In this document: piece by piece, positions 43,161 through 51,321 of the stretch
How the letters are laid out: the number at the start of each line of letters is the position of its first letter
How positions within the stretch are numbered: position 1 is the first letter of the stretch
Source of the DNA: a candidate division FCPU426 bacterium
Lineage (GTDB): Bacteria > Oederibacteriota > Muellerivitia > Muellerivitales > Muellerivitaceae
NCBI GenBank assembly: GCA_963830915.1
Contig: CAWHOE010000008.1
Coordinates: 1-52,349 of the forward strand
DNA length: 52,349 bases
Direction: 5' to 3'
The notes under the pieces: generated by a model
What the model was told of the DNA's origin: nothing
The model's database searches: none
What the model saw: the letters and a program-made list of their open reading frames with translations, nothing else
Translations under genes and position numbers: made by a program

Positions 43161-43182
43161 ATCGAGATCGATACTAATATAC

Positions 43183-43407
43183 ATGAAAGTTACTCCTTCA
43201 TTTGCAAAAGCACTCAAAGAATACCGTACAGCCAAAGGGATTTCCCAGGAAGAACTTGCGGAAATTTGCGATTTAGACCGCACTTACATTTCCCTCCTTG
43301 AGCGCTCCAAACGTAATCCATCATTAGAAATCGTATTTTGTTTAGCTAAAGGTCTTGGAATAACCCCCTCTGCTCTCATAAGAACAGTAGAGAAATACAA
43401 CCGATGA
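43183..43407 (+). CDS. Controller (C) protein, XRE HTH
   Basis: LKEYRTAKGISQEELAEICDLDRTYISLLERSKRNPSL; overlaps the endonuclease start (ATGA). Confidence 0.9.
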   Translation: MKVTPSFAKALKEYRTAKGISQEELAEICDLDRTYISLLERSKRNPSLEIVFCLAKGLGITPSALIRTVEKYNR

Positions 43408-44000
43408 AAATAATTAAAACTGTATTTTTGGTAAAAGCGGGTGAATTTCATAAAACAGCTGCGTATAAAATTCTTTTAAAAGAAATTTATAATGCTATTT
43501 GCTCTATTGAACATCCGGCCGGTACTGGAAAATTCATATTAAAACCAGTTCGACATGGCAATGGTGTAACCAGCATTAAAAAAGCCTGTATGAAACACCT
43601 TAAATCTAAAAGTTGGGACTTAGAGGCCAGAATAAATCTCGCTTCCCGGCATACACCAGGCCCCATTGATGCTATAAAAATTTTCAAATCGCATTTACCT
43701 TTTGCACTGGAATGGGAAACCGGGAATATTTCTTCTACTCATCGAGCTTTAAACAAGATGTCACTCGGATTAATTGATAATAAATTATCTGGGGGAATGC
43801 TTATATTGCCATCTCCCAAAATGTACCCATGGTTAACAGATCGTATAGGTAGTTTTGATGAAATCGAGCCTTATTTCCGTATTTATAAACATTTAGATAT
43901 TAAAAAAGGGATCTTAGCGATAACCGAAATAGAGCAAGACGAACTCTCGGAAAATGTTCCATTGCTTAAAAAAGGAACAGATGGTCGAGCTTTAAGATAA
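43404..44000 (+). CDS. BamHI-family type II restriction endonuclease
   Basis: NGVTSIK, GPIDA, LEWETGNISSTHRALNK, LTDRIG.F.EIEPYF, VPLLKKGTDG match the BamHI motif order. Confidence 0.88.
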   Translation: MKIIKTVFLVKAGEFHKTAAYKILLKEIYNAICSIEHPAGTGKFILKPVRHGNGVTSIKKACMKHLKSKSWDLEARINLASRHTPGPIDAIKIFKSHLPFALEWETGNISSTHRALNKMSLGLIDNKLSGGMLILPSPKMYPWLTDRIGSFDEIEPYFRIYKHLDIKKGILAITEIEQDELSENVPLLKKGTDGRALR

Positions 44001-44029
44001 TGATATTTTCATAGGAAGTTTTTGCACCT

Positions 44030-44968
44030 TCAAAATAATATTTCCACATAAAGCGGGCAAAACCTATATACCTTCTGATATTGGTTCACTTCATCAGGAG
44101 TGATTTCAAATTCAGTCGGTGACCAACCAGCAATCGAAGGCATATGTGAATCTAAAAAACTACGTTCTTTTCGCGTGAGTATCGGAAGTAGAATTTTATA
44201 TGGTTCAACATCGAAACTTTGTCTAACAAATTCTAAAGATTTCAAATTCGCTTCATTAATTTTGTTTGTTTCTTTTTCGCTTACTAACATGCCACCCATG
44301 GTGATCATATTATGTCCATCTGCATAAAAGAAATTAAATAGAGGCTGGAAACGTCCAGTAGACCTTCGACTTACCGCTGAAAAAATTGCATTTTTAATGA
44401 TTTGAACATTTACAGATACAAGCATTTCTTTTGTGAGTGGTAAATTAAACTCACTTTTATCAAACAAACCTTTTGCATTGCTCTGATAGTATTCAAGCCA
44501 CTCCTTTGGCTTGCTATCCTTTTGTGGCGGTTCAACATCTATTGTCACAAAAAACAATGACCCAATTGGTAAATTGGCTACTGCATTAGAAATATCCTGA
44601 ATAAGCAAATCATAAACAGGGCAGTCATAATCAAGCCAAACAATATAGTTTGATTTTTCATTCAATCTTGGAACTACATCTGAAAATTCTCCCATATGTA
44701 TATCTATAAATTTAAAAGGTCTATTAAAGAGAACTCTATTAGTAATTCGATCATCCTTCTCAATACTAGTCATTTTCCCAATGCCTAAAATTCTATGAAA
44801 TAAGATGAAATCCACAAAGAATGTTGAACCAAACCCTATATATTCATAATCTTTTATCGGAAACCCGGCTCTCGTTAAATGAAAGAAAGTTTCGATTATC
44901 ATTTTTCTTTCGATTTGCTTTTTTGGCCGCAAATCATAAGGAACCTTTTTATAACTTTCCATTAACAT
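44030..44968 (-). CDS. Putative SAM-dependent methyltransferase-like protein
   Basis: YDLRPKKQIERKM, YIGFGSTFFVDF, MTSIE, IVWLDYD, FFYADGHNMITMGG suggest a Rossmann fold; 2 bp from the upstream ATPase. Confidence 0.7.
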   Translation of the reverse strand: MLMESYKKVPYDLRPKKQIERKMIIETFFHLTRAGFPIKDYEYIGFGSTFFVDFILFHRILGIGKMTSIEKDDRITNRVLFNRPFKFIDIHMGEFSDVVPRLNEKSNYIVWLDYDCPVYDLLIQDISNAVANLPIGSLFFVTIDVEPPQKDSKPKEWLEYYQSNAKGLFDKSEFNLPLTKEMLVSVNVQIIKNAIFSAVSRRSTGRFQPLFNFFYADGHNMITMGGMLVSEKETNKINEANLKSLEFVRQSFDVEPYKILLPILTRKERSFLDSHMPSIAGWSPTEFEITPDEVNQYQKVYRFCPLYVEILF

Positions 44969-44970
44969 AC

Positions 44971-46341
44971 TTAACTCTCCACTATGTTTTTCGAATAATA
45001 GTCAAAAACAAGAATACCTATTTTCTGAGCTGATAATTTCGGGTCTCTCAAATATTTTCGTATTCTTTCCACCTCGCTTTTTTTTGCCCAAAATTGAATC
45101 CTTACTTCGTTTTTATTAACAGCAAGATCATTTTGCCTGCTAACTTTAAATATTTTTTTAACTTCTTGTGGTAAGTCAGTGAAATCGTAGTCCACCATTG
45201 ATTTTGTTAATTCTCGTTCAAGCGGTGTTTCCGCATTATCAGATGGATATAACTTATTAATAAAATTTAGAACCGGTTTAGCATTAGTTGACATTTTTTG
45301 ACGGGTGATTTGATAAATTTTCGATTCCTGATTCACGCCGTGTTTTGTAGTTTTCCAAGGAAGTTCCAAACCATTTTTAGAATTGAAAAATACTATGCCG
45401 ATAAAGCCACGGTGTTTCGGTTGATATGTCGGCAATAAAGTATCAATACCCCAACCTGTTTCTTCATCCTTATTCGCTCTAACGATAACTCGTCCATTGC
45501 AAAGAATATACCAACCTGAATTTTCACCTTGCCACACATCTCGTTCGCCCTCTTTTTTTGCTAAACCAACGACAATGGTAATTTTTGTATTTTCGATTTC
45601 GAGTTTATCCATGCCAATTTCTAAATCATCTGAATGCGCAAGTGGGATTTCATCCGGTTCAATAATATTTCCATTAAGAATTACTCTAAATTGAGATTCC
45701 AATAAATATGGGTAGGTTTTAGAAATGAGCTGTTTCAATAAAACAAAAAAGCTAGGGTCACCGATGCGGCGTTTCACATCGTCTTTTAATTCCGTTACAG
45801 TTATTGTTGTCCCATACGGTTTTTTTGACCGAAACGGAACTAAGGTAACGCATGGGAATTTCCAATTTTCTATATTCGAATCATCCCTTTCTGCCCACTT
45901 AGAAACATTTTCATAAATGTAGAAATTCTCTTTAGAAGTAAATGATTCGACTTTAAAGTAATTCCCGATTTTAAATATTGCTCTTTTAAGACCAATACCG
46001 TAAACGCCCAAGGTTGCATGCTTATCCGTTCGTAATCTTCCAAAATTAAATGCTTCATTAACTGCTATATCTTTTGGTATGCCGCCACATTCATCTTGTA
46101 TTTTAAATTCCTTTTCTGTTAAAAAAATTTTTACTTGAGGGAGTTTGTTTTTATTAATTTTTCTTTTTTTAAGAAATGCACTTTCAGCCGGGTGAACATT
46201 AAAGGATCTAACCAACCCGTCAATTGAGTTATCAATTAAATCCAGTATGCAATCTTCAAGAGAAATATCTCTTGTAAATAAATCAATAAAAAATTTTTTC
46301 CGCGGAATGGCACTAACCGAAGTTTCTAACCCTTCTGCCAT
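44971..46341 (-). CDS. GHKL (MORC/MutL-like) ATPase
   Basis: ILDLIDNSID, IQDECGGI, GVYGIGLKRA, GTTITV, then S5-like GWYILCNGRVI and LPWKTTK. Confidence 0.85.
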   Translation of the reverse strand: MAEGLETSVSAIPRKKFFIDLFTRDISLEDCILDLIDNSIDGLVRSFNVHPAESAFLKKRKINKNKLPQVKIFLTEKEFKIQDECGGIPKDIAVNEAFNFGRLRTDKHATLGVYGIGLKRAIFKIGNYFKVESFTSKENFYIYENVSKWAERDDSNIENWKFPCVTLVPFRSKKPYGTTITVTELKDDVKRRIGDPSFFVLLKQLISKTYPYLLESQFRVILNGNIIEPDEIPLAHSDDLEIGMDKLEIENTKITIVVGLAKKEGERDVWQGENSGWYILCNGRVIVRANKDEETGWGIDTLLPTYQPKHRGFIGIVFFNSKNGLELPWKTTKHGVNQESKIYQITRQKMSTNAKPVLNFINKLYPSDNAETPLERELTKSMVDYDFTDLPQEVKKIFKVSRQNDLAVNKNEVRIQFWAKKSEVERIRKYLRDPKLSAQKIGILVFDYYSKNIVES

Positions 46342-46576
46342 AATATTCCCTCCCACTCTTTTCCTAAAATTAACAACAAAAATTCAATACAGTAAAAAAA
46401 GGATTTGGCTAACATTTTCCAAATCAGACTGTTTCCCGCTTAGTTATTATCGTACTCCTCAAATCCTACTCTTCTCTTCAAGAAATCCCACAAGTCACAT
46501 TTCGGATCTTTTGGTATCCCCCAATTGCCTATAAAAACCGCCTGGATTTTGGCGCATCTAAAAGTAACTTAAAGCT

Positions 46577-47482
46577 TTACGACTTAAGCTTCTCCCCCAG
46601 TTCCACCCACTCAGGAAAAACATCGATGGTCGGGAAACGGTACTGGCTTTCCTTATACAAAAGAAGAAGGTCGGCCTGTTTGCGGTTCTTGAGCCAATAA
46701 CGGGCCAATATCTCCAGCGCCCGGACCGTCTGGTTCACATCCCCCCGTCTGGCGACTTCCTCGAAAAGACGCTCGGCGTTGCCGATGGCCTGTACCCTTA
46801 GGCAGACCTCCCCGGCCCGGGATAAAAAAGCGGGGGTCAAGCCGTGGATATCCTCGCGAAGGAGTATTTCATCCAGGACGACTTTCGCCTGGGCGTAGTT
46901 CCCCGCACCCTCGAACGACCCAAAATCGGTGTGAAGCTTGTTCCCTTTGCCCTTCGGGACATCCTGGGGGGCCGCCGGAACATCCCCAGGCGGGCGGGCG
47001 TCGGTCAGGACCAAAGACCCGAATCTCTCACCGATATCCTCCGGCCGATAAGGCCCGATCAGTTTTTGGTAAAGGGCCAACGCTTCCTTGGTTTTACCGG
47101 TTTGGAGCAGGTGGTCGAGGACCCACCGGTAATGGATAAGGGCTTCCGCCTGTTTCGCCGGGTATTTCTTTACCCCCTTGACCGACTCGTCGAAAAGGCT
47201 TTCCGCCAGGCCCAAATGGGGTTCCAGGTCATCGGGCCTGAGGGATACCAGAAAACGGAACTTTTCCTCGGCCAGGCCCCAGTGGCCCTCGGCCATGACC
47301 TGATGGGCCTCTTCCAGGAGCACCTGATGATCGTCTTTTTTCTTCAGGCCCTTCCATCGGGAAATGAGATGGCCCTTGAAGGGGTTGTTATGGAAGAACT
47401 TGACCCAAACTATCAAAGCGATGAAAAAGCCCCCCAACACCAGCCAATCGGTACCCATGAAACTGTTGAGGGAGGCTGGCAC
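46577..47482 (-). CDS. Membrane-anchored TPR-like protein
   Basis: N-terminal TM helix and helical repeats; GTG start after AAAGGA; host-like GC. Confidence 0.7.
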   Translation of the reverse strand: MPASLNSFMGTDWLVLGGFFIALIVWVKFFHNNPFKGHLISRWKGLKKKDDHQVLLEEAHQVMAEGHWGLAEEKFRFLVSLRPDDLEPHLGLAESLFDESVKGVKKYPAKQAEALIHYRWVLDHLLQTGKTKEALALYQKLIGPYRPEDIGERFGSLVLTDARPPGDVPAAPQDVPKGKGNKLHTDFGSFEGAGNYAQAKVVLDEILLREDIHGLTPAFLSRAGEVCLRVQAIGNAERLFEEVARRGDVNQTVRALEILARYWLKNRKQADLLLLYKESQYRFPTIDVFPEWVELGEKLKS

Positions 47483-47536
47483 GGATAGTCCTTTCAAGAG
47501 GCGTTAAGGATGTAATTATCGTACTCCTAAAACAGG

Positions 47537-47618
47537 CAAACGGCAGTCGACAGTTGGCAGTCGACGGTCGACAGCTGACAGACGGCAGACGGCAGCTGAC
47601 AGTCGGCAGCTGGCAGGA
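47537..47618 (+). repeat. Heptamer tandem repeat
   Basis: cagtcga cagttgg cagtcga cggtcga cagctga cagacgg cagacgg cagctga cagtcgg cagctgg; related tract at 50012-50053. Confidence 0.9.
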
Positions 47619-47850
47619 GACCCCTATTGCCATAGCAATAGGGATCACCAAACCATGCCTCTCACCTTGTGGGTTCGAGGCAGGAGACAGCTCTTTGGCG
47701 AGCGCAGGACAAGCCCGTCCGGTAGGCGTCCTGTAACAGGACAAGCCCGTCCTATAGGCAAAAATAAGGATTTTCGTAGTGACCGGTAACCGGCCAGGGG
47801 CGACCGGTGCCCGGCCGGTAGTCGACCGGGGGGTGACACCAGGCCCCTAT

Positions 47851-48331
47851 CCGGCGGAATGACCGCCCCCTCCGGCGGAAAGCACCCTTCTGACACCGGG
47901 CCCTTATACCTAATGGCCCGGCACAACCTTGGCTTATGCCTCGGTTTGTGACCTCGGCACAGGTGCCGGCGGAATCACCACCCCCTCCGGCGGAAAGCCC
48001 CTTCTTTCCGGCGGAACAACCATCCTCTCCGGCGGAAAGCCCCTTCTGACACCGGGCCCTTATACCTAATGGCCCGGCACATGCCGACCCTCCCATAAAG
48101 ATTTTAAGGAGGTCGGTATAGTACCGATTTCCAATACATTTATTTTATTGGTGAATCGGCACAACCTTGGCTTATGCCTCCCCCTTCGCCAAGGCTACGG
48201 GGGACAGGTCGGTTTGCACCAACTATCAATAAGTTGGCATTGCCAAGCTTTACCCTTCACCTGGTGGGTGAAGGGTAGGCAAATAGACCTCGGCACAGGT
48301 GCCAGCGGAATGACCGCCCTCTCCGGCGGAG
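47851..48331 (+). repeat. CCGGCGGAA 21-bp-period array, duplicated and interrupted by mini-elements
   Basis: Cores at 47851, 47872, 47966, 47987, 48008, 48029, 48302, 48323. Confidence 0.85.
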
Positions 48332-48442
48332 CCCTATCGTGCCACCGGCTTGGCACAATGGCACGATACCGGTGGTGGCACGATAGCTTGGCACGATGGC
48401 ACGATAAGCGCCGGGTCACCAACCCCTTATTGGGTTGGTACA

Positions 48443-48520
48443 TGCCGACCTTCCAAAAACCTTATAAGAGGTCGGTATAGTACCGATTTCAAATACCTAT
48501 ATTTCATTGGGGAATCGGCA
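48443..48520 (+). mobile_element. Family-A double-hairpin mini-element
   Basis: CA|tgccgacc..gaggtcggta-tag-taccgattt..gaatcggca|CA. Confidence 0.8.
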
Positions 48521-48562
48521 CAACCAAATCGTGCCATTCGCCTTGTGAGCTCATGGCAGGTG

Positions 48563-48932
48563 TGTTTACTGGAAATGGGGACTGTTTACTGGATTTAGCT
48601 GATTTGTTTACTGGAAACACCAGGCGTGTTTACTGGAAAACTCGGATGTTTACTGGATTTCATAGGTTTGTTTACTGGAAATGGGAACTGTTTACTGGAT
48701 TTGACAGTAGTGTTTACTGGGAACACCGAGTGTGTTTACTGGAAAACTTGGATGTTTACTGGATTTCATAGGTTTGTTTACTGGAAAACCGTCTCGTTTA
48801 CTGGAAACGGTAAAAATGTTTACTGGAAAACTCCGATGTTTACTGGATTTCATAGGTTTGTTTACTGGAAATGGGAACTGTTTACTGGATTTGACAGTAG
48901 TGTTTACTGGGAACACCGGGTGTGTTTACTGG
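48563..48932 (+). repeat. Array of 18 GTTTACTGG cores with variable linkers
   Basis: Unit length always 20 (7 times) or 22 (10 times); linker order ABCDE ABCDE FG DE ABC. Confidence 0.95.
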
Positions 48933-48981
48933 AAAACGGCCTTTCCGAGGCTCGGAAACAACCCTGCGCCGGGCCTTTCTA

Positions 48982-49116
48982 TTACTTGCCCCGTTTACGC
49001 GCCCAACGGACCGCCTGGGCGATGGTATCCTCGTCGAATCCTTGTTTCTTGAACCTTTTTCGGGCCTTTACCAGAACACTAGATACCTTATTGTTTTTCT
49101 TTGCTTTTATTGCCAT
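48982..49116 (-). CDS. 44-aa basic protein, possibly an orphan antitoxin remnant; not in the ORF track
   Basis: MAIKAKKNNKVSSVLVKARKRFKKQGFDEDTIAQAVRWARKRGK with GAGGTG RBS, directly after higA. Confidence 0.55.
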   Translation of the reverse strand: MAIKAKKNNKVSSVLVKARKRFKKQGFDEDTIAQAVRWARKRGK

Positions 49117-49162
49117 AAAGCACCTCATTTATCTTTCAGGTGGTCGCACATTGCAGCCGCTC

Positions 49163-49537
49163 TCAAGCGCGGTACTTGGCCTGGGGTTCGGCCAGAAGGG
49201 ATTCCGCCGGGATATGAAGATTTTGATAAAGGCTTCTCATCATGTTCACTGACAGCGGGCGTTTCCGGTTCAACACCTCAGAAACCCGGCCCCTCCCCCC
49301 CAAGAACTTGGCCAGGTCCGATGGTTTCAAACCCATTTGTTCCATACGGAATTTCACCGCTTCGATCGGGTCGGGGGCCTCGATGGGGTGGTGTTTATCC
49401 TCATATTCCTCGATCAGGGCCGCCCAAAGTTCCAATTCCTCGGACTTAGCGGAACCTTTCGGCGCGTCCCAAAGGGCCTCGACCTGTTCCAAGGCTTTTT
49501 TGTGTTCCTTCTCGTTTTTCAAGACTTTTAATTTCAC
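49163..49537 (-). CDS. higA: HigA antitoxin
   Basis: LIEEYEDKHHPIEAPDPIEAVKFRMEQMGLKPSDL....GRGRVSEVLNRKRPLS. Confidence 0.92.
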   Translation of the reverse strand: MKLKVLKNEKEHKKALEQVEALWDAPKGSAKSEELELWAALIEEYEDKHHPIEAPDPIEAVKFRMEQMGLKPSDLAKFLGGRGRVSEVLNRKRPLSVNMMRSLYQNLHIPAESLLAEPQAKYRA

Positions 49538-49538
49538 T

Positions 49539-49838
49539 TCAAACCTCCTGCGCGTTGATCCGGTCATATTGGGCATGCGAACCCACGAACCGGATAAAGA
49601 CGATGCCTAGATCGTAACGAATGGCCGTTACCAGCCGGTATTTGTTCCCGCCGATGTTGAAAACAACCCGGCCGTTCTTGAGGATACTCGCCGTAGGATA
49701 CTCGGCCTTGATGTCGAAAGGCCCTTTCCAAGTGGATTGTTGGGCTTCCTGGTACCACGCCCGCAAAGACTGTTCGGCGCCATGCCCAAGGGGGCTTACC
49801 CAGAATTCCCTTAAACGCCTGCGGCTGATGACTCTCAT
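49539..49838 (-). CDS. higB: HigB mRNA interferase toxin
   Basis: MRVISRRRLREFW, RVVFNIGGNKYRLV, FIRFVGSHAQYDRI. Confidence 0.93.
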   Translation of the reverse strand: MRVISRRRLREFWVSPLGHGAEQSLRAWYQEAQQSTWKGPFDIKAEYPTASILKNGRVVFNIGGNKYRLVTAIRYDLGIVFIRFVGSHAQYDRINAQEV

Positions 49839-49854
49839 TGGCGAATCATACCAC

Positions 49855-49877
49855 AATGTTCCCATTTTGGGAACATT
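49855..49877. promoter_or_regulatory. Probable HigA operator overlapping the higBA promoter
   Basis: Perfect IR AATGTTCCCA-TTT-TGGGAACATT just upstream of a TATGAT -10 box and the higB ATG. Confidence 0.75.
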
Positions 49878-50082
49878 TGCCAATCGATTTTGGAGCACTA
49901 GAGAAAGCCGATAGCTTACCGTTGACAACGAAATTCCAACCCCGAGCCGACACCTAGGACATTACCTAATTCATTACCTAATTAACCCGATATTACCTAA
50001 TTTACGGGCGACAGCTTACAGCTAGCAGTCGACAGCTGACAGCTAACGGTCGAAAACGAACCGTCAACCCAGGCCCTAAGTT

Positions 50083-50766
50083 TTAGGAAATGATCTTCTT
50101 GAGGAAGGCTGAAACGGCCCCGAGGGAATCCTCGGTGATGGTATGGGGCATGTTGAACTCCCGCAGTTCGGGCTTATACCCCGCTTTTTCCAACTCCTCC
50201 GCCGCCTTGCGGGAACCATCCACCGGCACGACCGGGTCCTGCTTGCCGTGGACCAAAAGGATGGGGGTCTCGAAGGGCGCCTCAGCCCTGGTCAGGGTGG
50301 CCCAGGCGTCGGGCATATACCCGCTCATGGAAACGATGGCTTTCAACTGGCCCTTGTAATTCAACCCGGCCTCCAGGGCCATCACCCCGCCCTGGGAAAA
50401 CCCCATCAGGATCAGGGGGGTGGGTTCCTTGGTTTTGCCCGGCTCGGGCCTGAGGTTCGGGTCGTTGGCGAAACGGTCCATCACCTTGAACAGGTATTCC
50501 CGGCTCTTCTCGATCTCCCGGCGGTCATGGACCTGGAAGTCGTACCAGGCGAAAGAACCTTGAGGATAACCGGGCAGGCTCAGGGGAGCGTCGGGCAGGA
50601 CGAAACGGCAGGGGGGCAGGTCCATCTCCCCGCAGAGGGGTTCCAGGTCGTCACCGTTCGTCCCCAAACCGTGGAGCACGAGAATGACAGGAGCACCTGG
50701 TGGAATGATGGGAGGTTCAAGGACGAGAGAACGGTGGCCTTGGATGAGGGTTTCAGAGAGGATCAT
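50083..50766 (-). CDS. Phospholipase/carboxylesterase (alpha/beta hydrolase)
   Basis: LHGLG, AWYD, GFSQGG, HGKQDPVVP, MPH.I. Confidence 0.92.
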   Translation of the reverse strand: MILSETLIQGHRSLVLEPPIIPPGAPVILVLHGLGTNGDDLEPLCGEMDLPPCRFVLPDAPLSLPGYPQGSFAWYDFQVHDRREIEKSREYLFKVMDRFANDPNLRPEPGKTKEPTPLILMGFSQGGVMALEAGLNYKGQLKAIVSMSGYMPDAWATLTRAEAPFETPILLVHGKQDPVVPVDGSRKAAEELEKAGYKPELREFNMPHTITEDSLGAVSAFLKKIIS

Positions 50767-50900
50767 AGGTTCTATTCTCCTTATGGCACTTCTAATAAAA
50801 ATTTACTTTTGTCGGCATCCAATAATAAGGTTTTCTTGCGCCGATTCACTGAATTGATGAATTTTTGAACTCGGTACAATACCGACCTCATTTAAATGTT

Positions 50901-51201
50901 CATGTTTAAGCACAAAGTACCTGCGGTCTATCGGTTTTTGATCTTCCCCCTCTGAAAGAGGGGGATAAAGGGGGAGTTAGCCCCTGAGGGTTTTACACAA
51001 CAAAAGCTAATACCCCCCTATCCCCCTTTTCACCCCCATTTCTTCATTTGAAGATTAATAAAATGAAAATGGGGACGTCCCCATGCCATGATATTTTTCC
51101 CAAAAGAGGCATGGGGGAAGGGGGGGTAACTTTGCAAACATCGAATCGGATAAGCACTTGTCGAGCCTGGGCAAATCGCAGGTACTTTGTGCATAAGCAT
51201 G
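50901..51201. mobile_element. 301-bp MITE with 25-bp TIRs and 8-bp target duplication
   Basis: catgtttaagcacaaagtacctgcg / cgcaggtactttgtgcataagcatg (23 of 25); TAAATGTT at 50893-50900 and 51202-51209. Confidence 0.85.
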
Positions 51202-51321
51202 TAAATGTTTATGGAAAGTCACTTGCGTTGAGGCTTCAAGCCGAAACGCTTGGTTTAGTTGTGCCGGGCCCATAGATAAATAGGCCCGGCCTCGGCATGG
51301 TGGTTAACTATTAGGTGTTCC

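Noticed and set aside
48338..48405. TGGCACG repeats as sigma-54 promoters
   Set aside because: Part of a tandem repeat, with no convincing -12 TTGC box and no plus-strand gene downstream
48563..48932. CRISPR or TIGR-like guide array
   Set aside because: Core only 9-10 bp, linkers 10-12 bp and themselves repeated; no cas or Nop-domain gene in the window
48553..49449. Plus-strand ORFs with FTG/VYW repeats
   Set aside because: Stop-free frames are a by-product of the DNA repeat; 20/22-bp units shift frame and the ORFs run antisense over higA
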